DNA from: a virus
Taxonomy: Duplodnaviria > Caudoviricetes
Virus record (IMG/VR): IMGVR_UViG_3300020045_004368
Location: 1-56,847 of that record
DNA length: 56,847 nt
Reading direction: 5' to 3' (one strand)
This document shows positions 9,744 through 17,954 of this stretch, piece by piece. A program made the position numbers and the translations under genes. Numbering within the stretch: the stretch's first letter is position 1; each line of letters starts with the position of its first letter. The notes under the pieces were generated by a model. The model saw only the letters and a program-made list of their open reading frames with translations. It was not told where the DNA came from and did no database searches.

Positions 9744-9884
9744 TTCATTCTCCTTTTGGTTGGTTAATCGTTTGCAGCCATGTAGCCGTAAACGATGTCC
9801 AGATGGTACAACCACTGCATTTGCTCATGCAACATGAAGCAAGGAATGCTGTTGGCTGCAAGCAACAAGCTTATGCGCTTGAAC

Positions 9885-10067
9885 TCAGACACCTCGTACC
9901 TCCCGAAGCGTTGCAAGAGCATCTTCGTACGAGCAAAGCAGCTCGTGTAGAAGCTCAATGTCGCTGTCCGTCACCGTCAAGCAGCTCAGGACGCTCTTCC
10001 CGCTGGTGGGCATAAGCGGTGCCTTGGTTGCCAAGATGCGCTCAATCTCTTCTCGGTAGGTAGTCAT
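9885..10067 (-). CDS. hypothetical protein
   Basis: 60-aa ORF with GAGG RBS. Confidence 0.55.
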   Translation of the reverse strand: MTTYREEIERILATKAPLMPTSGKSVLSCLTVTDSDIELLHELLCSYEDALATLREVRGV

Positions 10068-10075
10068 TGCTTTCC

Positions 10076-10360
10076 TCAGGATACGTTCAGGGTGAGCACC
10101 AAGCGGCTAGGTACGCCGGTGATGTCGGTAACGACGCTTGCATCAGGCTGCCACTGCAGGTTCAAGTCTTTGAAAGCCCATTCAGGGTTTTCCTGCAGGA
10201 TACTGCCGACAAAGCTGTCCTCGAAGCCTGCATCGTAATACGGAAAGGCAGCGTCAAGCTCTCCGTCAACAACCATGCTTTTCACGAGGTCTTTGTGTTC
10301 ATCAGGAACTTCACTGAAAGGAATGCCGTAGATGACAACGGCCGAATAATTGATGCTCAT
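10076..10360 (-). CDS. hypothetical protein
   Basis: 94-aa ORF with AAGGAG RBS. Confidence 0.65.
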   Translation of the reverse strand: MSINYSAVVIYGIPFSEVPDEHKDLVKSMVVDGELDAAFPYYDAGFEDSFVGSILQENPEWAFKDLNLQWQPDASVVTDITGVPSRLVLTLNVS

Positions 10361-10542
10361 TTGCTTCTCCTTTTAGGCGTTTCCGCCACAACGTAATAAT
10401 CACACTTGACAGAACCTTCTGCACCTCGCTCAAAGGGCACTCCGTTAAAGACCACACTGTACAACGGGTGTGCAGGCGCCTTGTATCTGTAACAGCTCTC
10501 CCGCAGTGGGCACCCAACACCTTCACACTTTGTTGCTAACAT
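10357..10542 (-). CDS. small Cys-rich hypothetical protein
   Basis: TKCEGVGCPLRESCYRY...CDYY; start at MLATK behind AAGGAG. Confidence 0.65.
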   Translation of the reverse strand: MLATKCEGVGCPLRESCYRYKAPAHPLYSVVFNGVPFERGAEGSVKCDYYVVAETPKRRSK

Positions 10543-11317
10543 GCTTTCTCCTTTTGCTGGCCCAAGCAACAACACCTAAGCCAAGCATCATCATAGCGTA
10601 AGTCTCGGGCTCTGGGATAGGGGCCGCCTGACCTCCAACCCACCAGCCCCATCCTTCAGCGAAGTGTTGTGGAGGTCTTGGTGCGTCAATGTCAGGCCAG
10701 TATACAACACCAACAGGAGGCGGGATGTAACCATTTGGCGTTGTTACAGGTGTAAAGTCCTCGTGCGTCTCTGTCATGCTGGGCCAGTAGGGCTGCAAGG
10801 TCAGCTTGAAGCTTCCGTCACCACCTGATGGCGTCTCTTCAGGTGTGCTTGCTGGAGGCAGCATGTCAGCCAATGACACGTTGTTGCACTTGAGAGGCAC
10901 AACCACCACCCAGCGCTTGCCAGATGGCTCTGTCTCAATGTAGATGAGGGCTTGTTCTTTGTGCTCATCTGCCCACTTGGCCCTCGTCACCGCCCCTTTA
11001 CACACCTTGTTCATCTTTGACAGGCGGGGCTCGTTAGGGTCTCTCCAATGCATATCTCTGAGGTTGGTGTAGGAGGCTCGCTTGCCAACAATGGCATCCT
11101 TCGTGATGGTGGCGTAGTCATCCGGTTTCACCCATTTGAGCTTTGTGTAGAGCTTGCTCTTGGTGGCCTTATCCATCTCTGGGTAGCTGTCCAGAAGGCG
11201 TTCAATAGCCACGGGGTACACCCTGGCAGCCCCTGGGTTGTCCCACGAGCACGTAGGGCCTGCTAGGGCCGTGCATGAGGCTGTCGTGAGCATCAACGCT
11301 GTGATGGCTTGTTTCAT
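10523..11317 (-). CDS. secreted PEP-CTERM sorting-domain protein (resembles MHFG family)
   Basis: N-terminal signal peptide, CSWDNPG motif, Pro-rich linker, C-terminal PIPEPETYAMMMLGLGVVAWASKRRK (PEP + TM + basic tail). Confidence 0.85.
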   Translation of the reverse strand: MKQAITALMLTTASCTALAGPTCSWDNPGAARVYPVAIERLLDSYPEMDKATKSKLYTKLKWVKPDDYATITKDAIVGKRASYTNLRDMHWRDPNEPRLSKMNKVCKGAVTRAKWADEHKEQALIYIETEPSGKRWVVVVPLKCNNVSLADMLPPASTPEETPSGGDGSFKLTLQPYWPSMTETHEDFTPVTTPNGYIPPPVGVVYWPDIDAPRPPQHFAEGWGWWVGGQAAPIPEPETYAMMMLGLGVVAWASKRRKHVSNKV

Positions 11318-11396
11318 CTGTCTCTCCTGAAGCTGCGGATGAATGAATGTAAAGCGTACAGCACATCAGCGCACCCTCTGTTTGAGTGTAGAAAGC

Positions 11397-11426
11397 AAAA
11401 AGCCCGTGACTCTCGTCACGGGCTTC
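11397..11426 (-). terminator. intrinsic terminator
   Basis: AAGCCCGTGAC-TCTC-GTCACGGGCTT with A-run on plus strand (U-tract on minus) after the ClpP-like gene. Confidence 0.7.
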
Positions 11427-11430
11427 ATGG

Positions 11431-12033
11431 TTAGTCTTCTGCGCCTTCTTCCTCTTCAAACAGAGCAGCGATGTTGTCTTGCATCCGCTCCCAGCGTTCA
11501 ATCCAGCCGTCTCGGTCGAGCCAGATGTCCTTACCGTCAAGTAGGTCATCAATCTCGCTATCAAGCAGGAAGCCGCCATAGGCACTACGGATTACACGCT
11601 CCATATACTTCTCTGTGTGCCTCACTTCACCTCGCCAATCCGAATACTTGCCGGAAGACACCAGAGAGCCGTTATGAAGCAGCGAGCTGAAATTGTCAGA
11701 CAGGCTGAACTCATCAGCATTCAGCAGGATGAGGGTGCCAGCACTGTGAACACCACCAGAGGCTTTGACAATAATCTTGGCTTGGCAGGCGTCCATTGCT
11801 GACAGGAACGTGTCTGTGGCACCCAGGCAGCCTCCATTGGTAGACAGGTGGATGACGACAACATCTCCCTCACTGGCATTCTCAAGCACCTCAATGGCTG
11901 GAATGAATTGTTCAGCGCTCTCAATCTCGCCATACAGGTAAATGGTGTAAACACCCGTACCTGACGGAACAAACGAGACATGGAATTGATTGCTGCTGGC
12001 TTCCTCTTCAACGTTCATTTTCTTGCTTCGCAT
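11431..12033 (-). CDS. ClpP-like protease subunit
   Basis: IYLYGEI...IHLSTNGG...SAGTLI...LLHN...DIWL pattern of the ClpP/crotonase-like serine protease family. Confidence 0.8.
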   Translation of the reverse strand: MRSKKMNVEEEASSNQFHVSFVPSGTGVYTIYLYGEIESAEQFIPAIEVLENASEGDVVVIHLSTNGGCLGATDTFLSAMDACQAKIIVKASGGVHSAGTLILLNADEFSLSDNFSSLLHNGSLVSSGKYSDWRGEVRHTEKYMERVIRSAYGGFLLDSEIDDLLDGKDIWLDRDGWIERWERMQDNIAALFEEEEGAED

Positions 12034-12042
12034 ATAAGCTCC

Positions 12043-12822
12043 TTAGTCGTTGATGGGATTGTTATCAAACACCTTCACCCAGAACTTTGTAAGCCCTGAG
12101 CGAACAATGTCGTCAGCCGTGAAGATGACAGTACCAATGCCCGTGAGAGCCACATTCATGTCCTCTGTATCGAGGTAGAAGGGCCGCTCACGGACAACAT
12201 CACTGAGCCTATCATACATCCACTTCAGGCCACTAGAGCCCTTCAGATCCTGCTGACGCCAATCTCCACAGATGATGAGCTGAGAGTCTTCCTCAAGCCG
12301 GGTCAGGATGGCCTTCATTTCACGGATGGAGGCGTTCTGACCTTCGTCGAGGATAACAATGCTCTTGTTGTAGCTACGGCCACGGACATCTTCCAAGCCT
12401 TCAAGGATGAGCTTCTCGTTCTCAAGCATGTATTGGTAAGCACCGGGACCGACCACCATCTTGATGTTGTCAAGCATGGTTTGCATCAGAGGGGCAAGCT
12501 TCTCAAACTGAGAGCCCTTCTTGAAACCCACAGTTTTGCCGAGAGCCTCTGCTGGCCGAATGAGCACAATCTGGTTGATGTTACCCCGAAGGTATTCGTT
12601 GGCGGCGTGAATGCATGCCAGGAACGTCTTGCCAGTGCCAGCAGAGCCGCCAAGCACCACCATCTGCTTCTTCCGCAGCAGGTCAAGGGCCTTTGCTTGG
12701 TTGGAGGTCTTAGCCTCAATGTGGTAGCACTTGAGGGCACGAGCCACCTGAAACTTCTCAGGCTTGGCAGGCATGTCCACAAATGCCTCTGGTCGCTGGA
12801 AACGCTTTGCTTGCTTGCTCAT
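12043..12822 (-). CDS. phoH: PhoH family ATPase
   Basis: GSAGTGKT Walker A, LIRP, RGRS, ILDEGQN, LTRL, ICGDWRQQD, DIVRS. Confidence 0.93.
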   Translation of the reverse strand: MSKQAKRFQRPEAFVDMPAKPEKFQVARALKCYHIEAKTSNQAKALDLLRKKQMVVLGGSAGTGKTFLACIHAANEYLRGNINQIVLIRPAEALGKTVGFKKGSQFEKLAPLMQTMLDNIKMVVGPGAYQYMLENEKLILEGLEDVRGRSYNKSIVILDEGQNASIREMKAILTRLEEDSQLIICGDWRQQDLKGSSGLKWMYDRLSDVVRERPFYLDTEDMNVALTGIGTVIFTADDIVRSGLTKFWVKVFDNNPIND

Positions 12823-12938
12823 AGGGATTCTCCTTTGATGTGGACGACAACGATGTGTCTAGAACGGGCTGTAAGGGGCCTAGAAGGCGCTAAAGACGCT
12901 GTAGCCACCCTACCCCACGTCTAGCACCACTGAGAGGC

Positions 12939-13151
12939 TTAAAACGCCTCAGATTGCAGGAGGGCCGCTGTAGCCCGCATTTCATCAAGCCGCTTCCTTC
13001 CCCACTTAGCCAGCACAAAGTGGGACAGCGTTGCTCCTGGAGGAACCTCACCGCTGAAGAATGCGTCTACGAGGCTCTGATAGTAGCCAGCATCCTCCTC
13101 AGCGTCAATGACCCTTTGCTTTAGTTGGGCAATCGGGGAGCTGGCTGTCAT
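12939..13151 (-). CDS. hypothetical protein
   Basis: 70-aa ORF with ATGA overlap. Confidence 0.55.
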   Translation of the reverse strand: MTASSPIAQLKQRVIDAEEDAGYYQSLVDAFFSGEVPPGATLSHFVLAKWGRKRLDEMRATAALLQSEAF

Positions 13152-13390
13152 GCTGCGGCTTTCTTCAGCGCTTTGGCACTGCGAGCGTTGGCGCAGATGT
13201 CAGCACGAGACACAGGGTCTACGACAGCCGCAGAGCGCGTTACATGGGCCTCGTACATGTGCATGTAGGTGGTGGGTGGGTTGATGTCGTAATCGACCTT
13301 CCAGCCCGCTTCTAGGGCCTCTGCAAGCTGCTTCGTGTAGGCGATGAGGCTGTTAGCCAGAATTGGCTTGGTGACAAGGTGGTCAGTCAT
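13148..13390 (-). CDS. hypothetical protein
   Basis: Likely start MTDHL at 13390 behind GAGG. Confidence 0.6.
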   Translation of the reverse strand: MTDHLVTKPILANSLIAYTKQLAEALEAGWKVDYDINPPTTYMHMYEAHVTRSAAVVDPVSRADICANARSAKALKKAAA

Positions 13391-13508
13391 CTTCGTCCTC
13401 GTTGTTTGATGGGTATGAAAGAGCCTCGAACAAATCGTCAAGGAGGGAGGGTAGGTCCAGATAGCTCTCGTCTGAGCTGTCGTCCCATTCGTCGGAGAGG
13501 GTAGGCAT
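13383..13508 (-). CDS. 41-aa highly acidic peptide (below ORF-track cutoff)
   Basis: MPTLSDEWDDSSDESYLDLPSLLDDLFEALSYPSNNEDEDD; stop overlaps the next ATG (ATGACTGA); RBS weak. Confidence 0.45.
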   Translation of the reverse strand: MPTLSDEWDDSSDESYLDLPSLLDDLFEALSYPSNNEDEDD

Positions 13509-13553
13509 TGTTTTTGGTCATTGTCTCGGTTGTGTTGAAGAAGGCTTCAGCTA

Positions 13554-13640
13554 CTTAAGGATATACTTAAGTTATATCTTAAGCTACACTAATGAGCATA
13601 CTTAAGTATGTCTTTAAGTAATACTTAAGAATAACTTAAG
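13554..13640. repeat. array of CTTAAG palindromes with 11-12 bp periodicity
   Basis: CTTAAG at 13554, 13566, 13578, 13601, 13624, 13635 and TTTAAG at 13613. Confidence 0.85.
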
Positions 13641-13759
13641 GAAGACACATTAGTAAATATACTGAGCACTACCACCAGGACAAGAGAATTCGTTCAGAGA
13701 AATCCTCGCTTCGCTCGGTCTTTCTCTTCACTCTTCTCTTGTCCCTTGTCCCTAACGGG

Positions 13760-13787
13760 ATTGTAGTGTTGCTCTCAAGGTTGTCAA
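13760..13787 (-). promoter_or_regulatory. sigma70-like promoter for the leftward accessory operon
   Basis: TTGACA-16 nt-TACAAT on minus strand. Confidence 0.65.
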
Positions 13788-13860
13788 TAGCTTTGTTACA
13801 ATTTTTACAATTTTCTTGTGTTCCTGTGTCTATGCCAGCCGGGAGGCTGGGGCTTGTGCA

Positions 13861-13990
13861 GCGCTTCGCTTAGTTGTTAACGCTTCGCTGTGCCCTACGG
13901 GAGAGGCGCTTCGCTTAGTTGTGTCGCACAAAGCATAGGGTAGGCCCTGCCTGGTGTTCCTTGTGCTGCCCCGGCGCCCAGGGCGCTATA
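13861..13990. repeat. second cluster of the CGCTTCGCT and GCGCCCAGGGCGC motifs
   Basis: CGCTTCGCT at 13862, 13881, 13907 (also 13707); GCGCCCAGGGCGC at 13974-13986 followed by TATA as in the 670-1350 cluster. Confidence 0.8.
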
Positions 13991-14238
13991 AAGCCCTAGA
14001 GCCGCCCTTTGGTGCAAGACAAGCACCTGACATGCACAACATCGATTGCAAAGGCCCTGCGCCTCGTCCCCTGTAGGGTAAAATCGATTTGTTTGGGTCT
14101 ACCTACCCTGCCCTACATGCCCAGCCTCAGAGGCGCTTAAAAGGGCTGTAATCAGGCTTGTAGCTTCTTGTGCTCTGGTGTTGCATTGCTTCAGGTGTTG
14201 TGTCAAACTTCAGGCATCGAACACAATGAGGAGAGCCT

Positions 14239-14580
14239 ATGAGCAAACCAGTAGATTTGGTGAGGGAGCAGACACCCTCGTTTCTTGCAGACAGTGTGGA
14301 CCTGAAGGCAACAGCAAGGCTTCTGAAGGCAGCTTCTAAGCCTGCTGTAGATGCTCTTCTGGCTTGCCTCGAGTCCAGTGATGAGCGCATCAAGCTGTCA
14401 GCAGCTTCAAAGCTCCTTGAGTACGGTGTTGATGTTGCAAAGGCTGTGTCCCAAGACCAGCTTCAGCGGCTGGTGGCTGAGATTAAGCTCAAGCACAACC
14501 CAACCAACCGCCTCATTGAGGACAACAAACCCACAAACACTGTGCTGGTGGATTTCAGTACAATCCGTGAGATTGATTAA
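14239..14580 (+). CDS. putative terminase small subunit
   Basis: First gene of rightward morphogenesis block, upstream of TerL; helical composition; GAGGAG RBS; function is positional inference. Confidence 0.5.
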   Translation: MSKPVDLVREQTPSFLADSVDLKATARLLKAASKPAVDALLACLESSDERIKLSAASKLLEYGVDVAKAVSQDQLQRLVAEIKLKHNPTNRLIEDNKPTNTVLVDFSTIREID

Positions 14581-14592
14581 GGAGGCTCTGCA

Positions 14593-14775
14593 ATGCAATG
14601 GAATTATTTGCTCGTCAGCATCATTGGTGACGTGGAAGGCACTATGGATCGAGATGTTGCCCTTGAGTGTGCAGCCTTCGGTTGGACGGTGATTGACACG
14701 CAGCTCAATATGCGGCTGCACGTTGATGGCACCTACGAAGAGATTGAGGAAGTGGAGCACCCAGACAATTGGTGA
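14593..14775 (+). CDS. hypothetical acidic protein
   Basis: 60-aa ORF with AAGGAGG RBS. Confidence 0.55.
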   Translation: MQWNYLLVSIIGDVEGTMDRDVALECAAFGWTVIDTQLNMRLHVDGTYEEIEEVEHPDNW

Positions 14776-14776
14776 G

Positions 14777-14806
14777 TTGACAACGAAGACAAGCTGGTGC
14801 TACACT
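14777..14806 (+). promoter_or_regulatory. sigma70-like promoter for the tRNA pair
   Basis: TTGACA-18 nt-TACACT with TGn extended -10, 14 nt before tRNA-Thr. Confidence 0.6.
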
Positions 14807-14820
14807 ACGCTTGTTCAAAA

Positions 14821-14896
14821 GCCGGTTTAACTCAGTTGGTAGAGTAATCGCCTTGTAAGCGATAAGTCGTCTGTTCGAGTCAGACAACCGGCACCA
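14821..14896 (+). tRNA. tRNA-Thr(UGU)
   Basis: Acceptor GCCGGTT/AACCGGC, anticodon arm ATCGC-CTTGTAA-GCGAT, GTTCGAGT T-loop, encoded CCA. Confidence 0.93.
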
Positions 14897-14897
14897 A

Positions 14898-14987
14898 GGA
14901 TTGTTGGCAGAGAGGTTTATTGCACCAGTCTTGAAAACTGGAGGTGGCTAACGCTGCCCGAGCGTTCGAATCGCTCACGATCCGCCA
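14898..14987 (+). tRNA. tRNA-Ser(UGA)
   Basis: Acceptor GGATTGT/ACGATCC, anticodon arm CCAGT-CTTGAAA-ACTGG, long variable arm, GTTCGAATC, GCCA end. Confidence 0.92.
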
Positions 14988-15236
14988 GATACGTCCACAA
15001 GCATCGCAAGCTCACAAAATCCTAGAGATGCTTTCGCAGATGCTTGTGGACACCTTTTCAATATTCTCCAGCCTGCACATCAGCGCTGTTGCTCTCCTTC
15101 TCCTTGGGTGTTGGTGTGCAGACTAGAGAATATGTTTAATACGGCCCCTGCACTGCATGAAAATTGCGGGCGCAGGGGTTTTTCGTTTGTGCTGACAAAG
15201 GAGGACAAATGTTCGCACCAGAAAGTGGGTGGAGCT

Positions 15237-17837
15237 ATGGCTGAAGAGGAAATCAGGTTTCAGCCTTGCTCAAGGAAGCAGCAGCTAATTCTGCTGGATG
15301 ACAGTACAGACATTCTTCTGTGCGGTGGTGGTAGAAGCCTGTGCCTCCACGATAAAACAGCCCCTTAATTCGGTGAAACTCTCTCAGAGACAATACCGAG
15401 CGAAGCGAGAGCATAAGCTCTTGAACGTGTAACGACCAACCCGAAAGGGTGTACAGCTTAAGCAAGCTGGAAACAGGGGCCACCAAAATGGTGAAGATAT
15501 GGTCTGGTCTACACAGTGATGTGTAGCGGCTGGCTACGCCAGCGGGGATGCTCTAGCGAAGCGTCTTGAACAACCCCGGCAGGGGGTGGTAAGGCTCTCC
15601 GCCATGGGGAGAAGGTGCTGACGCCCACAGGGTTTGTCAACATCGAAGATGTTAGGGTAGGCGACAAGGTAGTCACCCACAAGCGCACAATCGAAACTGT
15701 CACTGACGTATGGCCGCAGGGTGTTGTTCAGCTCTACCGCGTGACGTTCGCTGATGGCCGCACTATTGACGCTTGTGGAGAACACCTCTGGCAGCATGAC
15801 GGCTGTGTGTCCAGCACGTTGGACATCAAGCAGCTTCTGGCTAGCGGAACGCCAGTGGCTATACCCGAGTACGGGGACAAAGGCAGCTTACCGATTGACA
15901 GCGTTGTTGCCATCGACAAAGACTACGCTACGTGCATTGCAATCAGTGGCCCAGACAAGCTGTTTGTCACCACCAATTACATTGTCACTCACAACAGCCA
16001 TACGTGTCTGACAAAGGCTCTGAAGTACATCAATGACCCGGCAGCACGAGTTCTCATTGTCCGACGTAGCTACCCAGCACTGAAGCTGTCTGGGGGCCTT
16101 GTAGACGAGTCTAAGGGCATCTACAAGCACTTCAAGGGTGTGTTCAAGATCCAGCCTCTAACTTGGGTGTTCCCCAACGGGGCCACTATCCAGTTTGCAG
16201 CTCTGCCTGATGACCTCAGCGAATGGCAAGGGTTGCAGGCCACCAACATCCTCGTAGACGAAGCGGCAGAGTTCACTCAGGAAGAAATCATCTTCCTTGT
16301 GTCTCGCTTGCGAGGGGCCAACTACAAGGGCCACTTGAATGTCCTGATGACATGCAACCCATCACGAGACAGCTTCCTATTCAAGTGGCTAGAGTATTGC
16401 TTGGACGAAGAGACAGGCATCCCGAAGCATGGCACAGAGGATATTGTTCGTCACTTCATTAACGTTGGCGGCAAGCTGTATTGGGCAAACTCTGAAGAAG
16501 AGCTTTGGCAGCAGAGTGGGAAGGGGCTTGGGCTGGTGCGGGGCAAGACGTTCAGGCCAATGACGTTCAGGTTCATCCCAATTACAATCAACGACAACCC
16601 TATTCTGTTGAAGAATAATCCTCAATACCTGAACAACCTGCTGAGCCAATCTCGGGTTAATCAGTTGAGGTTTTTGCACGGTTAACACATGGGCCGTGAA
16701 GCACAGCAATGTGTTTAAGAAAAATACGTGAACTCAGGGAACACCTCATTGAGACAATCCTGAGCCAAGTGGAGGCGAGAGCCTCTGAAGGTGCAACGAC
16801 CATCCCGTAAGGGAGTACAGCTCAAGCGAGCTGGAAGCGCGTATCCCCGTCAGTTGACGGGTGAAGATATGGTCTGATCTGCATGGTGACATGCAGCGGC
16901 TGGTGTAGGCCAGCGGGGACGCTCTAGCGAAGCGTCTTGAACAAAAGTCATGGACCGCCAAGCCTGATGGTGAAGGCTATTTCCGTCGAGAGTGGGTGAG
17001 CATCGTGCCACACCCTCCAGCAAACCCTACGGCCCGTGTACGCTCGTGGGACTTGGCAGCTTCAATCCCCTGCGAGAGCAGCCCCAACCCTGACTGGACA
17101 GCCGGGGTGAAGATGAGCAGAGACAAGTTTGGCGTCTACTACATTGAGGATGTCATTCGCTTCAGAAAGCTCACAGACGGCGTTCTGAGGGGCATTGCAG
17201 ACGCTGCTAAGGGTGATGGAGACGACACCACAGTGACCATCCCTCGTGACACAGGGGCAGGAGGGAAGACAGCCAACGCATTCTTCATGCGTACGCTGGC
17301 TGAGCAAGGGGTTGCTGTCAAGAGCGTTGTGATGAGCGGCCACTCAGGCAAGATTCAGCGGTTTAGTCCGTTCTGTGCTCTAGCCGAGAGTGGTGCTGTG
17401 CGCCTTGTGCAAGGTGAGTGGAATGAAGAATTTCTGGCAGAGCTTGAGAACTTCTCAGGGTCTAGAAACCAGAAGGACGATTGATATTGGTTGTCCTTAA
17501 ACCTGTCTAAGTCGGTGAACACCTCAGCCAGCCTGAGACAATACCGAGCCAAGCAAGGGCTGATGCTCTTGAAGGTGTAGAGGCCAGCTCGCAAGAGCGT
17601 AGAGACTAAGTAGTCTCGAAATGGCAGGCCCAGCGCAAGCTGGTGAAGAGATGGTCCCATCTGCATGGCGACATGCAGCATTCAGAGATGAATGGGCAAG
17701 AGCTAACGACCCTTGTTTAAGATATGCAAGTGGACGCAACCTCAGACGCGTTCAACACAATCTCCAAGCAGGTGGTGCTGCCAACATTCGCAGTCCCAGC
17801 CATGCAAGGAGCCTCCATCACACCGAGAGTGTCATGA
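15237..17837 (+). CDS. terL: terminase large subunit; join(15237-15332,15579-16682,16948-17481,17727-17837); 614-aa precursor, 480 aa after intein removal
   Basis: Splicing restores LLCGGG|AGGGK[intein]S (Walker A), ILVDEA (Walker B), TCNP, RFLHG|SW, SWDLA and KDD|QVDA nuclease motifs, all in frame. Confidence 0.93.
15333..15578 (+). mobile_element. group I intron 1 (terL Walker A), 246 nt, no ORF
   Basis: 5' exon ends in U and pairs with IGS GCCTCCAC (U.G at splice site); P3 GCCCCT/AGGGGC; GAAGATATGGTCTG core; terminal G; frame restored. Confidence 0.92.
15594..15995 (+). mobile_element. class 3 mini-intein (134 aa) in TerL Walker A
   Basis: Starts ALRHGEKVLT after GK, ends IVTHN before Ser; block B ACGEHLW, block F ATCI, block G VTHN give the Trp-Cys-Thr signature; no endonuclease domain. 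Confidence 0.88.
16683..16947 (+). mobile_element. group I intron 2 (terL), 265 nt, no ORF
   Basis: P1 CACGGT|TAA...GCCGTG; P3 ATACGTG/CGCGTAT; GAAGATATGGTCTG; ends ...AAAAG|TCATGG giving LHG-SW. Confidence 0.92.
17482..17726 (+). mobile_element. group I intron 3 (terL nuclease motif), 245 nt, no ORF
   Basis: P1 AAGGACGAT|...GTTGTCCTT; P3 CCTGTC/GGCAGG; GAAGAGATGGTCC core; ends ATATG|CAA giving DD-QVDA. Confidence 0.9.
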
Positions 17838-17899
17838 CAGAAGGGGGCAGAGGCGCCCTTTGCCCTACTTTTAATATTACTGACTCGCTGGTCAGTAAT

Positions 17900-17928
17900 T
17901 TGACAACAATTTTTTAGCCATGTATAAT
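17900..17928 (+). promoter_or_regulatory. consensus sigma70 promoter before portal
   Basis: TTGACA-17 nt-TATAAT. Confidence 0.8.
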
Positions 17929-17954
17929 TCCGTTCACTTCTAGGAGGACACAGA

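Noticed and set aside
14898-14987. Opal suppressor or selenocysteine tRNA
   Set aside because: Anticodon is UGA, which reads UCA (Ser); a suppressor would need UCA
15237-17837. terL, nrdA and polA as pseudogenes, or as evidence of stop-codon reassignment
   Set aside because: The stops lie in group I introns; precise removal restores conserved motifs, and all other genes read normally in the standard code
17621-17917. Intron-encoded ORFs (also 15534-15797, 16746-16961, 44567-44833)
   Set aside because: Short, no endonuclease motifs, and they run through or antisense to ribozyme core sequence
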